DNA of 64,000 bases. It comes from Octopus vulgaris. Its lineage: Eukaryota. Shown in pieces: positions 53,400 through 64,000 of the stretch. The notes under the pieces were generated by a model. The model was given only the letters and a program-made list of their open reading frames with translations, made no database searches and was not told where the DNA came from. The position numbers were made by a program, and so were the translations under genes. The stretch is taken from the NCBI GenBank assembly GCA_951406725.2, contig OX597820.1, positions 64,790,001-64,854,000 of the forward strand, written 5' to 3'. Numbering within the stretch: the first letter of the stretch is position 1; the number at the start of each line of letters is the position of its first letter.

Positions 53400-53850
53400 A
53401 TTATCAACAACACATACTTAACACACGGTATGAGTGTTTACCAGTAGGTTGCGATTCAATATGGTAGATATTATTCCTGGAAAGCACCGGGTATTAGAAC
53501 AGCTGAAAGGAGTAATCTCTTGAGGGAGTAGTCCCCAGCATGCCATGTCGCAGCCTAGCGGCAAACAAACGAGCCGTTGTATTAAGCATGTGTTGTCGAT
53601 AATGTTTATTACACTGGCCCTGCTTCTATTTCCTATATGAATTTATTTTTACGAAAGGATAGTTGGGGCATACCAGCACTTAGCCTTCACACTATTTAGA
53701 TATAAGTCTTGGAGTGACGTTACGATTCACATCCGATTCTGTTCGGGTATGTGATGTTGGCAAGCCGCAAAACGGCGAACATCGATGTCCATCACTGAGT
53801 GGGAATTAGGGTGAGCTATCTCGCCCATGACTTAGAGGTGTTTTAACACA
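53400..53850 (-). mobile_element. Possible RTE AP-endonuclease remnant
   Basis: Minus-strand YAPT motif in an RTE-like context; heavily decayed. Confidence 0.3.
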
Positions 53851-54462
53851 CGTCATCTGAGAAAAGTCTTGTATATTGTTATTTTCCGTTTATAGATTGC
53901 ACTTTTAATATGCCTATTGGCTGGTTGGTTTCTCTTTCTGAAAGCACACATCTTATGCAGATTGTTTTTTTTTTTTAGGTATTTACTCAAAAAGGTGAGT
54001 GCATTAATTAATTAATATCCGTATAAATGTGAACCTATAACCACCGTATGAAAGCTGGAGGTTTGCAAAACATAAGTCCGTTGTAATCATCTTCCTCTTT
54101 GATTCTCGAAGAGATATTCCCATTAACAAGGGTGCTGACCTCTATAAAGATATATACATTTTCCCCTCTGCAACGTACAACGTTTTATCTGGCCTGGGAG
54201 GTAGGTAGGTAAGTAGGTAGCTGCTTATTGACTGCTTTACCTGAAGAATAGATTGTTTATGTGTTTCAAATAATATTTTTAATAAATAAGAATACTGTGG
54301 GATTTTTAAAAAATATGTTACCTATCAAGCGTTATGCGGTTGATTAGACCATAACGCAGCAGTGACACTTTACATAAAAGAATAGAAGACTAAAGCAAAT
54401 TACAAGCTATTAAAAAGTGCTATATTGTAATGTGAAACCAAGTTAGACACAAAAGTGTTAAA

Positions 54463-54680
54463 TATTCTTTTCTACTCTAGGCACAAGGCCCGAAATTTTA
54501 GGGGGAGGGGTCAGTCGATTAGATCAACACCAATACGCAACTGGTATACAATTTATCGACCCTCGAGAGGATCAAAGCAAGGTTAACCTGGGCAGAATTT
54601 GAAATCTGGAAACATAAAGACAGACGAAATACCGTTATGAATTTCGTCCTGCGTGCTAACGTTTCTGCCAGCTCACCGCC
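54463..54680 (-). mobile_element. SINE family A, full length, about 16-bp TSD
   Basis: tattcttttctactctaggcacaaggcccgaaattt..gtttctgccagctcaccgcc; flanks aaaagtgttaaatatt / aaaagggctaactatt. Confidence 0.9.
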
Positions 54681-55749
54681 TTAAAAGGGCTAACTATTAA
54701 GGGACTAAATTATTCCTTGAGAAATTCAAACGAGTGTAATCTTTTGGAAATAAGTGTTTGTACCTCCAAAATTAAGGAAAACTTCATTTTTTTTTTTTAT
54801 TTTAGAGATTTTGGTTATGCCTATGTGAATTGTCTGAATAGTCACAATCAAATAATGTTACCATTTTGTAACTTGTTAGCTTTTTCACCACAAATAACAA
54901 CTGACAATAGATGATTAATTCTTATGATGCTTGTATGTAGGCAATCGGGAATTTGAGCTGCGAAACTCATGTAAGTATCAATAAGTAGCAAACAATAAGA
55001 AGCAAAATACAATACTACAGAGTTACAAAAATATATTAGTAGTTAATAGCACAATTTTCTGGGAAACATTATCGGAGAGATTAATTTCTTTTCATCATTA
55101 TTAAATTAGACAACAGATGGATGTCGCATTCGCCGTTCACTTTCATATTTAAGTAAATATTAGTAATAAGACTCGCGTGAGAGAAACACATACACATGCA
55201 TACAGGTGCATACAAACAAACACACTCATAAAATGCATTAAAGTCTTTTTATATACGCTGAACTGGCTGAAACTGATCAAAGATGTGATAAATGGATACC
55301 ATATGATGAGGTCATAAAGTGGCCGGAATATGTTAACTTAATTACGAATTTATTCTCAATTACTGTAAATTACTATGCTTTTTAATGAATTTTATTGAAC
55401 TTTCTCTGACAGACAAACGGAAAAGAAAGAAATATAACAATTATTGTCAGAGATTCTGAATGAATATGATAGATAAATTCAGGTAATTAAGAACAAATTG
55501 GTAGTTAAAATACCATACTTATGCTGTCGGCACAGGTCACTTCACACGTTGTGTGACCTCGTCAGTGAAGCTTTTAATTACCAGTTTCAGAGAATTTAAC
55601 TGGTAAATAAAGACCCTAATTCATTCTGAGCCGTACCTTGCTTAATGAAAATTAAACAAGAAATGAAGCATACGTATGTGTGTTTGCGAACGGGTGTATG
55701 TGTATTAAAAGGCAGAAGAAAGAGTTTTTGAAAATATACACACACATAA

Positions 55750-56188
55750 CGTTCTCTACTATAAGCACAAGACCTGAATTTTGTGGGTATGGGTCTAGTC
55801 GATTATATTAGCCTCAGTGATCAATGTGTATTTACTTCAAAAAGGGTGGAATGCAAAGTCGACCATTGCTGTATTTGAACTCCTTACGTAAAGACGAACC
55901 AAATGTCGTTAAGCAAGTTGTCCACCGACCTAAATTTATTGCCATCTCACCGCCTTCACACATATACCTAGTAATCCTTTCTACTGCAAACACAAGACCT
56001 GAAATTTGTGGATAGGAGCACTCGTCTATTACATCGACCCCAGCGTTTCATTCATACTTAATTTATCGACTCCGTAAGGATGAAGGGTAAAGTCGACTAC
56101 GGTGAAATTTAAACACAGAACATAATGACGGAAGAAATGCCGCTAAGCATTTTGTCCGACATGCTAACGATTCTGTCAGCTCGACGCC
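55750..56188 (-). mobile_element. Two head-to-tail SINE family A copies (55750-55955 and 55974-56188)
   Basis: Each starts (plus strand) with ctact...cacaagacctgaa and ends with cgcctt; separated and flanked by short acaca(t)a-type spacers. Confidence 0.85.
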
Positions 56189-57359
56189 TTACACATACAT
56201 AATAATGTTTATGCGACTATCGTCGCATAAACTTCCTCTCGCGTCATCTCAATGTAAGTAAAAATTCTCACTTGTGATGCAAGTAAATTTTCTTTGCAGC
56301 CGCTCCTTCTGAAGATAACGAACGAAAGTGTGTCTGTATACACACACACACACACATACACACACACACACAATACGCACACATAGACATACACATATGC
56401 ACACACACAAATATATTCTACTATATATCTGTAGATGTATATGGATATACATGTCTGTATATATATGTATGTAACAATATGTTTGTGTATATATGTATAG
56501 ATGTGGATGAATATATATATATTATATACACACCTACGTACGTACACACACACAAACATACACACACACACACAAATATACATATATATGCAAATCTATA
56601 TAAAAAAAATCTATATACACACACGTACGAACATATATTTGTATATATGAGTGAGTGGGTAGTATTAGTTTCCAGCTGGTCACTGGTTCTGATATAGGTA
56701 CAGAGATAGGATTTCGACTAATCAATGGTGGTTCAAACACGTTCAATATAATAAAGTAATTAGCACAGAATGACCTAGAATTAAGGTTTCTTCCATATAT
56801 ATTTCTTTTGAATTCAGTGAAAATGTTGTCATATAGAATGAATTTCGTTTACACCATTGGACTTGATTTCACCTCACAATAGTTTCCGCCAATCGTTTCG
56901 GCCATATCTATTTTGAGGAGCAAATCCGATACCGCATAATTATAAAAACTGCTATTACTTATTTTTAAATATATTAACTCGTTTTCGATATTAATGTTTG
57001 GAAGTGAAGGTACTATTTCTTCTTTTTTTCTTTTTGCTTCCAACAGTCAAGCGAACACGCGTTTTTTTCTTTTTTGCAATCGTCGAGTTAGGATATCATA
57101 GCGATTCGTGACAGTCAAGAATTTTGTTTTAGACAGGGAAATAGTTCATCCTTTTCATGGGGACACGTTAAAGGAATGAGCCCTCAACCAACCCTCTAGC
57201 AATCAAAATTAAGTATGCACTCTACAAAATTGTGCATTGAGTCCTTTTCAGAAATTTTGTCTTCCAACACCGATACAGGATATATTCATATAAAGTATGG
57301 AACGTCAAACAACATTTCGTTCAATAATTTTTATCAGATGAACCGCACACAGAATAAAA

Positions 57360-57540
57360 ATTGAAAATATTTTTAAAATATACTTGAAAATGTATATATC
57401 ACTTCCCTACTGCCGCCTCAGTACATAAAAAAATTTTGCATTGCCTCATAAGAGTTGGTACCATCCAGACGGAAAAGTGTTCATCTAATGTCGCTTTCCC
57501 TACCCATGAGTGTCTTCTAAAGATGTAGTGCAAGGATGTA
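57360..57540 (+). mobile_element. Possible hAT transposase dimerisation-domain remnant
   Basis: KIYLKMYISLP.TAAS..KNF resembles LK.Y.SLP.T.AS.ER.FS. Confidence 0.3.
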
Positions 57541-57609
57541 GAAGAAGATTATCCGTTAGTTTCAATTCGCACGAAGAATTAATATAACAACTTTATGGTC
57601 TTGCTATAC

Positions 57610-58432
57610 ATGCATAGGTAGATAGATACGTAGAGAGACAGATTAGTAGCTTGATAGACAGAGGGATAGGGAGAAATATCAAAATAAATTACATTATAGA
57701 ACACAGTGAATATGTACTAATACATTTTTGATGACAAAACTATTTCTAACCATGATCTGAGACTATTTAGCTGTTAGCTATAGAGCGATGCTAGAGAATG
57801 TGCAGTCTAATAAGCAAAAATATATTTCTTCGATTTACATAGATCTCAATGATAAATGATCTCCATACTTTTATGTTCCAGCCATTATAGTAGGACATAT
57901 TCTATATGATATGTGGAAATTCAAAACAACGTTTTAAGAACTAATGCAATCAGGAGCTTTGTACATAGAATAACAGTTGCATATATATTCGAAATTAAGG
58001 TAATTAAAAACTGTATCTCTGCCCTACCAAAGCCATTGATCCCCAAATATACCATCCTCTGCGGGCCAGTACGCACTGTCTCTTCTCTTTTTTAGGTGTT
58101 CTAAATATATACTGAAGGCATAAAGAGATGGGCCACTTCGAAATTTATGATTGTCATATTAAATCAATTATTCACAGGGTTAGTGTATACGTAAACCTGA
58201 GTATTTAACAAACACATGTACGCTTGACAAAATTCTCAACCACAATCAGTAGTCTATAGTGTCACAGAATTGAATCTCTTCAGTACACGTATAAGCCGTG
58301 TAACAGACATCTGCGCCAAGTACTCCCGCAAAGCGTAAGGACAACACAATGCTATGGTAAAAATACACTTACTGCAGATGCCACGGTATAGAATCGAACC
58401 TAAGTGATGCGATCTACATACACGCACACACG

Positions 58433-58465
<33 letters not shown>

Positions 58466-58610
58466 GTGTGTGTTTGTGTGTGTGTATGGTATATATATGT
58501 ATATATATGTATATATAAATATATATAAATATATGCGTTCAAACGCCCATATTTATAAATGCATACATGCACACACACATACATATATACATACATATAT
58601 ACGTACATAC

Positions 58611-58643
<33 letters not shown>

Positions 58644-58660
58644 TACACACACACACACAC

Positions 58661-58693
<33 letters not shown>

Positions 58694-59030
58694 GACGTAT
58701 ACATACACAGGTGAATAGATACGTAGACAGACAGATTAGAAGCTTGATAGACAAGAGGAGTGGGGGAAATATCAAAAGAAATTACATTACAGACCACAGA
58801 GCATATGTACTAATAAATTTTAGATGACAAACTATTTCTAACCATGATCTAAAACAATTTAGCTATTAGCTATAGAGCGACGCTAGAGACTGTAGTGTCT
58901 AATAGGCAAAAAGATATTTCTTCGATTTACTTAGATCTCACCAGCTATAGTTTTATTTGGAGTGATATATGTTCTCCGCCCTTTTATGTTTCAACCATAA
59001 TACAGAATAAATCTCGTATACAGATGGATG
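57610..59030 (+). repeat. Direct duplication of about 300 bp (57610-57915 and 58700-59030)
   Basis: Shared blocks atagatacgtaga.agacagattag, aactatttctaaccatgatct, ttagctatagagcga.gctagaga and atatttcttcgatttac.tagatctca. Confidence 0.9.
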
Positions 59031-59158
59031 GCGGTGTAGATGTGTGAATTGGTTTTCTAGGAATATTGCATAACATAATAGAGAGAAAATCAATTAATTA
59101 AGTCCAGTAATTTATCTGCCTTGGATTTAGCTATTTCAGTCTATCAATCAATGTATAA

Positions 59159-59233
<75 letters not shown>

Positions 59234-59495
59234 TGTGAATATGTATGTATGTCTATATGTATATGAGTGCGTGTGCGTCCGCGCAAGCCTGTGTATGTAT
59301 ACACCAGCAAAAAAGATTTCAAAGATGCTCGGGTTCATTTGTCTCGGCAATACTTATACAGTATAATCGATAAAGAAAAAAGGAAGCAATGAATTTGCCG
59401 TGAAGAGGTCACATTTTACGTTTCGGAAACAGTCATTCTCCGGGTAATAGTTGGAGTGACAGACAGATACACACAAACACACACATACACACATC

Positions 59496-59499
<4 letters not shown>

Positions 59500-59580
<81 letters not shown>
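59500..59580. repeat. Perfect (TA)n microsatellite
   Basis: Read directly. Confidence 0.98.
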
Positions 59581-59586
<6 letters not shown>

Positions 59587-59599
59587 ATATATATACAGT

Positions 59600-60020
59600 T
59601 GTGCTCTTGGAAGCTGTAGGTTTACCCGAGCACAAAAGTTGGGCATTATTTCTAATTCAATGGTACAACAATGTAACAGTTTGCTTTGACATACACTTAC
59701 ATTGTGATTTCTGCAATGTGGTGCATAAATTGTCAAGTAAATGAGAGGTATCTTTGCCTCCACTGATTCAGTTGCAAATTGTTAAGTAAAGTTATTTGAA
59801 TGCAGACCTCATTTCAGTCTTTTATCACTGGGTCACACATAGTCCCCAGATGGTAACATTGATTTCAAGGCCTTCCCAGATGACTGGTTATTCAAAGACA
59901 TTTATAGATTGTAAATTTATTCTCTCCAGTTACGTATCAGTATAATGGTTATTTGCAAACTCCAAAGGTGACTCTTTCATTTCTCCTTCGCCCTCACGTC
60001 CCACAGTTATTAATGTTTAT
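59600..60020 (-). mobile_element. Possible RTE AP-endonuclease remnant
   Basis: Minus strand WDVR..W.G....L.SG..LTIYAP resembles TWNVR..RW.G.G..IIQ.YAPT. Confidence 0.35.
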
Positions 60021-60299
60021 TTCAGTTGGGTCACGCCCTTCCAATTGCTATACGTTCGTAATGCATCTTAAGGCTGTGCCTGTCACCTGGATGGTGAGGA
60101 ATCCTACATTAGGAATGGTAACGACTAGTGTAGGGTAACTGACTGCTTATTGTGATCATTCGTCTTTTGGTTTCCTGTATCTTTGCTCTCTTTTACAAAC
60201 CCAGAGAACATATATTTCCTATTTCAAAGAAATTTAAACAATAGATATAACACACAAGTTAAAAAGATTCTCAACAATTCAAATTCTCTGGTTGACATT

Positions 60300-60609
60300 A
60301 AGATGCCCACCCCCAACAGGAGCCTTAACTCTCGCATTTTAGAGCTCAATGACCTTCATTTTTCAGGAGCAAAATCTTTTCAACAGGTTCTATAAGACTG
60401 GAATTTGGGAACATGCGCATAAAGACAGTAGTATGGGATACATGTGGCACGGTTACAATTTTTTAAGGGTGTGTAAAGAGGGAAATAACCCTCATCTGCA
60501 ATTTTGATAAAATTCGAAACATAGATATTCCAGTTCATTACAGAAAATATAACAGAAAAGTCTAATTCTTCAATTGAATGTAACCGGGCCACGCCGGGCA
60601 TCTCTGCTA

Positions 60610-60610
<1 letters not shown>
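60300..60610 (+). mobile_element. Helitron 3' portion (left boundary uncertain)
   Basis: Hairpin ccgggccacgccggg followed by tgctag|t at 60607-60611; same architecture as 6339-6367. Confidence 0.7.
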
Positions 60611-60650
<40 letters not shown>

Positions 60651-60654
60651 TACA

Positions 60655-60877
60655 TACAATAGAGAGAAGTTTTTGTTTCACTTTTAACACGTAATACTGA
60701 AATAGTGGAGAAGATCTGATATTGCTGTGGGCAAGAAGTTAAACATTTTTTTACCCTTGACACTATTGACACTAAGTACGACATATGTAAAATTTGAATG
60801 AAATTGGTTGTGTAGTTCTCAAGTTTTAGGGGTTCACCAGACAGACAGACACACATTCTCAGTTTTATATATATAGA
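60655..60877 (-). mobile_element. Helitron 5' portion
   Basis: The minus strand begins tctatatatataaaactgagaatgtgtgtctgtctgtc, similar to the 5' end at 5970. Confidence 0.7.
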
Positions 60878-60880
60878 CAT

Positions 60881-61060
60881 GGCAGCGAACTGGAAGAATG
60901 GTTAGCAGACCAGACGATTTCAAATTCCGCTGAAGTCGCGTTTGCCTTTCATGCTTTCGGGTTCGATAAGTTAAGTACCAGTTGAGTACTGGGGTCGATG
61001 TAATCGACTTGCCCTTACCCCGGAATTTCAGGCGTTGTGCTTATAGGATCATCATCATCA

Positions 61061-61100
<40 letters not shown>
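60881..61100 (+). mobile_element. SINE family A with an (ATC/ATT)n tail
   Basis: ggcagcgaactggaagaat..ttcaaattccgc..tttgcctttcat..tcgataagttaagtaccagttgagtactggggtcgatgtaatcgac. Confidence 0.85.
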
Positions 61101-61101
<1 letters not shown>

Positions 61102-61723
61102 ATTATCATCGTCGTCGTCGTTATCGTTGTACTTGTTGCCGATGCTGTTCTTCTTGCAGAATAATATATAGATACTTCAGATCATGGTATCGTGTAATAA
61201 TTCGCTTACATGTAAAACTGATTATATCACTAAAGCAAACTTTTCCCGTTCTCCTTCTCTCACATTTCTTCGTCCTCACTTTCTTAAACTCCCACTATTT
61301 CCCACTCGTTTATCTCCCTTGTACCTTTCTCTTTGTCTCTGATTTTTTTTCTAATCCTTCAATCCCGCCGTCCCCTACCCATCTCTCCTCTTTCCAGGTG
61401 ACTGATGTCCAGCCAACCATGATCTTTCTTTCCTGGCCTGACTGCCGACCATCAACACCTCTTGTTTCCCCCTCCCATGTTCCTGCTTTTAGGGTTTCAC
61501 TTCGTACACGGCAGCTCAAATTGATTTGTACTCAGACGAAAGACGCCAGTTGTTATTCCTTGTTGTTTGTATTCATAATTGTGTACCATGTTCTCCATTC
61601 TTTTATTTTGTCTTTGTTGCCGTACACATTCGCTAGCTTTCTTACAAAGGGGTCTAATAACAAAACGCGAAATTCTCTTGTCACATCCTTACCAATATGC
61701 TTAAAACTTGAAAAGTTTATATG

Positions 61724-62999
61724 CAGGGCATTGCAGATAAATTAAAGACACTTTTTCAGCAGTTGGTTAGTGAGTTTGACATTTCATTTATTGACAAAAC
61801 TTTGATTGATTAAAAATATAATCCTCCTTTTATTTTCCAGGTAAATAGCAAACAGGTTCAACAACAGAAAGTCATGGATCAATAGAATCGTTCGGCCAAT
61901 GTAGCTTTGGCGCGCGACGGGCAAACTCCTAATAGAAAAGTCGTCGAAACCTCCAAAAGTAACATTTTATCGTATGTATAAACAATTTAAAGAAGAGAGA
62001 GATGGATAGAAAAGAAAAGACTCGAAATGATTCCTAGCGCAATCCAAACTTTCACGCTGGCCTCAAACGCTCGATTGAAGCCAACCAATCCACATTCATG
62101 ACAACTCTTGTAAAGACACGCAATGTGTCCCTTTCCACGGTGGCCGCGAATGGGACCCTTGGCATGACTAACTATGTTCGACTACGCCGTCACCTCGTAA
62201 CAGCCAAGACCACCAAGGTCAGCGAACTCAGAGCCGTGAGATGGCCAAAATTTCTGTCAAGCATCAAGCATCAAGGTGCAGGAAAAACTCTCATGTTTGT
62301 GGACGAGAAATTCAGTGTGGACGGAGAGATGAATCGCAGAAATTCTCGAGTTATTGCATACAAAACACTTCTGACGTCCACGCTATGCTTGAAACTAAGA
62401 ATCCAGCCTCTGTGATCGTATTTGAAGCCGTGACGAGTGATGGAAGTGTCATGTATCCACACTTCATTGAGTCTGGCTTGAAAAATGGCAGAAAAGAGTA
62501 TCTGAACATTCTAAAGAGCTCTCTGTTACCTTGGATGAAGCAGAAGTTTAAGATTGACAATGTGGTGCTTATCCTGGAATCTGCACCATGCCATGGGTCA
62601 AAAGCAACACAGGTCTTCCTTGGTGAGAAGGTGCCACATTTTGTGAGGGCCAAAATGTGGCCCTGTAAAAGCCCAGATCTCACCTTTCTCGATTACTTGA
62701 TATAGGGCGTACATCAAGGAAGGACCAATGCCTCACCACACTCGAGTGGCAACAGCTTGAAGACCTGCATCGTGCATGCGACACGCGAATCAAATGGGTG
62801 GCTGTTTGGGCAGCTGCAAAAAAAATTCGTTCTCATGTGGACGCAGTAATTGGCCAAAAGGGCGGCCATAGATTGTGATAAATGTTTTTCTTGTAATAAA
62901 TGTTTCATTAAAATCATATCTGTCTACTACCATTACTTTAGTATTCATAACCAGTTTTATGCATCGTAAAAATTGTCTCAATTTATGTGCAAGTCACTG
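61724..62999 (+). mobile_element. Tc1/mariner DNA transposon, DD37D (maT) family, near full length, inactive
   Basis: Imperfect TIRs cagggcattgcagataaattaaagaca / tgtctcaatttatgtgcaagtcactg, with TA at 63000-63001; about 1.28 kb; contains transposase motifs. Confidence 0.85.
61874..62880 (+). pseudogene. DD37D transposase pseudogene
   Basis: FVDEKFSV..NRRNSRV, frameshift near 62365, then KNPASVIVF..ESAPCH..WPCKSPDLTFLDY. Exactly 37 residues separate the second catalytic position (D mutated to E) from the final D; TAG replaces the conserved W at 62703. Confidence 0.85.
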
Positions 63000-63046
63000 T
63001 ATAGCCATATTTAATGAAACTGCCATTTGTTTCTGAAGTTATATTG

Positions 63047-63225
63047 ATTTCAAATTTTGGCGCAAGACAAAGGAATTACATCGATCCCAGTACTTATTTT
63101 CTTGACTGCAAATGAACGAAAGGCAAATTCGAACTCAGAGGAATTAGAACTCAGATCGTTAAAGACGGACGAAACGCCGCCAAGCACTTTACCTGTCGTG
63201 CTAATGATTCTACCAGCTCGTCACC
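63047..63225 (-). mobile_element. SINE family A with 18-bp TSD
   Basis: Flanks gtttctgaagttatattg (63029-63046) and gtttctgaagttattttg (63229-63246). Confidence 0.85.
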
Positions 63226-63594
63226 TTAGTTTCTGAAGTTATTTTGCCTAAACAAAATATATCATTATAAGTTGCACCGACGACATCTTTGAGGTTGGGG
63301 GAACAGTTTCAATGTTAGTTGCCCGACTATCTATACAGCTCACCAGCAGTGTAAAGGTATAGAAGATGCTTTGAAATGACAGAAAAATCATGTATAACAT
63401 TAGAAGCCATCTTGAGAAATAAGTGATACATTGAAGCTACTGCATGCAATTCTTGCATATATCCACTTTGAAGAATAAACATTGGTGATGAGAATCTTTC
63501 AACCGCAAGACGCGGGTCCCTCTCTTCTATTTATTTCTCCTCAAAGTGCTTAGATCGTGAACCATTGGAATCGTTCCTTTTGTAACAGTGTTTA

Positions 63595-63993
63595 CATTTA
63601 CTCTTTTACACATTTCAGTCATTTGACTGTTGTAATGCTGGAGCACCGCCGTTAGTCGAGCAAATCGATCCCAGGACTTTTTCTTTGTAAGCCTAGTACT
63701 TATTCTATCGGTCGCTTTTGCCGAACCGCTAAGTTACGGGGATGCAAACACATCAGCATCGGTTGTCAATCGATGTTGGAGGGACAAACAAATACACACA
63801 AACACACACACACACACACACATACATATATATATACATATATACGACGGGCTTCTTTCCGTTTCCGTCTACCAAATCCACTCACAAGGCTTTGGTCGGC
63901 CCGATGCTATAGTAGAAGCCACTTGCTCAAAGGTGCCACGCAGTGGGACTGAACCCGGAACCACGTGGTTGGGAAGCAAGCTACTTACCACAC
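63595..63993 (-). mobile_element. SINE family B, near full length
   Basis: Minus strand ctgtgtggtaagtagcttgc..ccgggttcagtcccactgcgtggcacctttgagcaagtg..aaagccttgtgagtggatttggtagacggaaac..gactgaaatgtgtaaaagag. Confidence 0.92.
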
Positions 63994-64000
63994 AGACATT

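Noticed and set aside
56670-56750. ggtggttcaaacac, resembling a tRNA T-loop
   Set aside because: No acceptor or anticodon stems can be folded.
56849-57043. Non-repetitive 64-aa ORF, possibly a transposase or host exon
   Set aside because: No motif I can recognise with confidence and no clear splice signals.

Overview
This is AT-rich eukaryotic non-coding DNA, dense in microsatellites and repeats. The SINE families and repeat landscape look like an octopus/coleoid cephalopod genome; that assignment is inference from memory, not a database result. I found no intact protein-coding gene, and nearly all ORF-track entries are translated microsatellites or SINEs. Best-supported features: one intact tRNA-His(GUG) gene plus two decayed paralogues inside an old triplicated unit; a 5S rRNA pseudogene; many tRNA-derived SINE copies from several families; a non-autonomous Helitron with a paralogous empty site; a hAT derivative; and a near full-length, dead DD37D (maT) Tc1/mariner element. 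There are also decayed RTE, CR1-like, Tx1/L1, Helitron and Penelope-like (GIY-YIG) fragments and a possible LRR pseudogene. The most interesting signals are several degenerate minimal hammerhead-ribozyme-like motifs (some with a U3:A8 core variant) in Penelope-type inverted repeats, an element embedded in (TAA)n, and unusual SINE flank duplications. I cannot support a genuinely novel biological system from this sequence alone. Boundaries of decayed elements are approximate.
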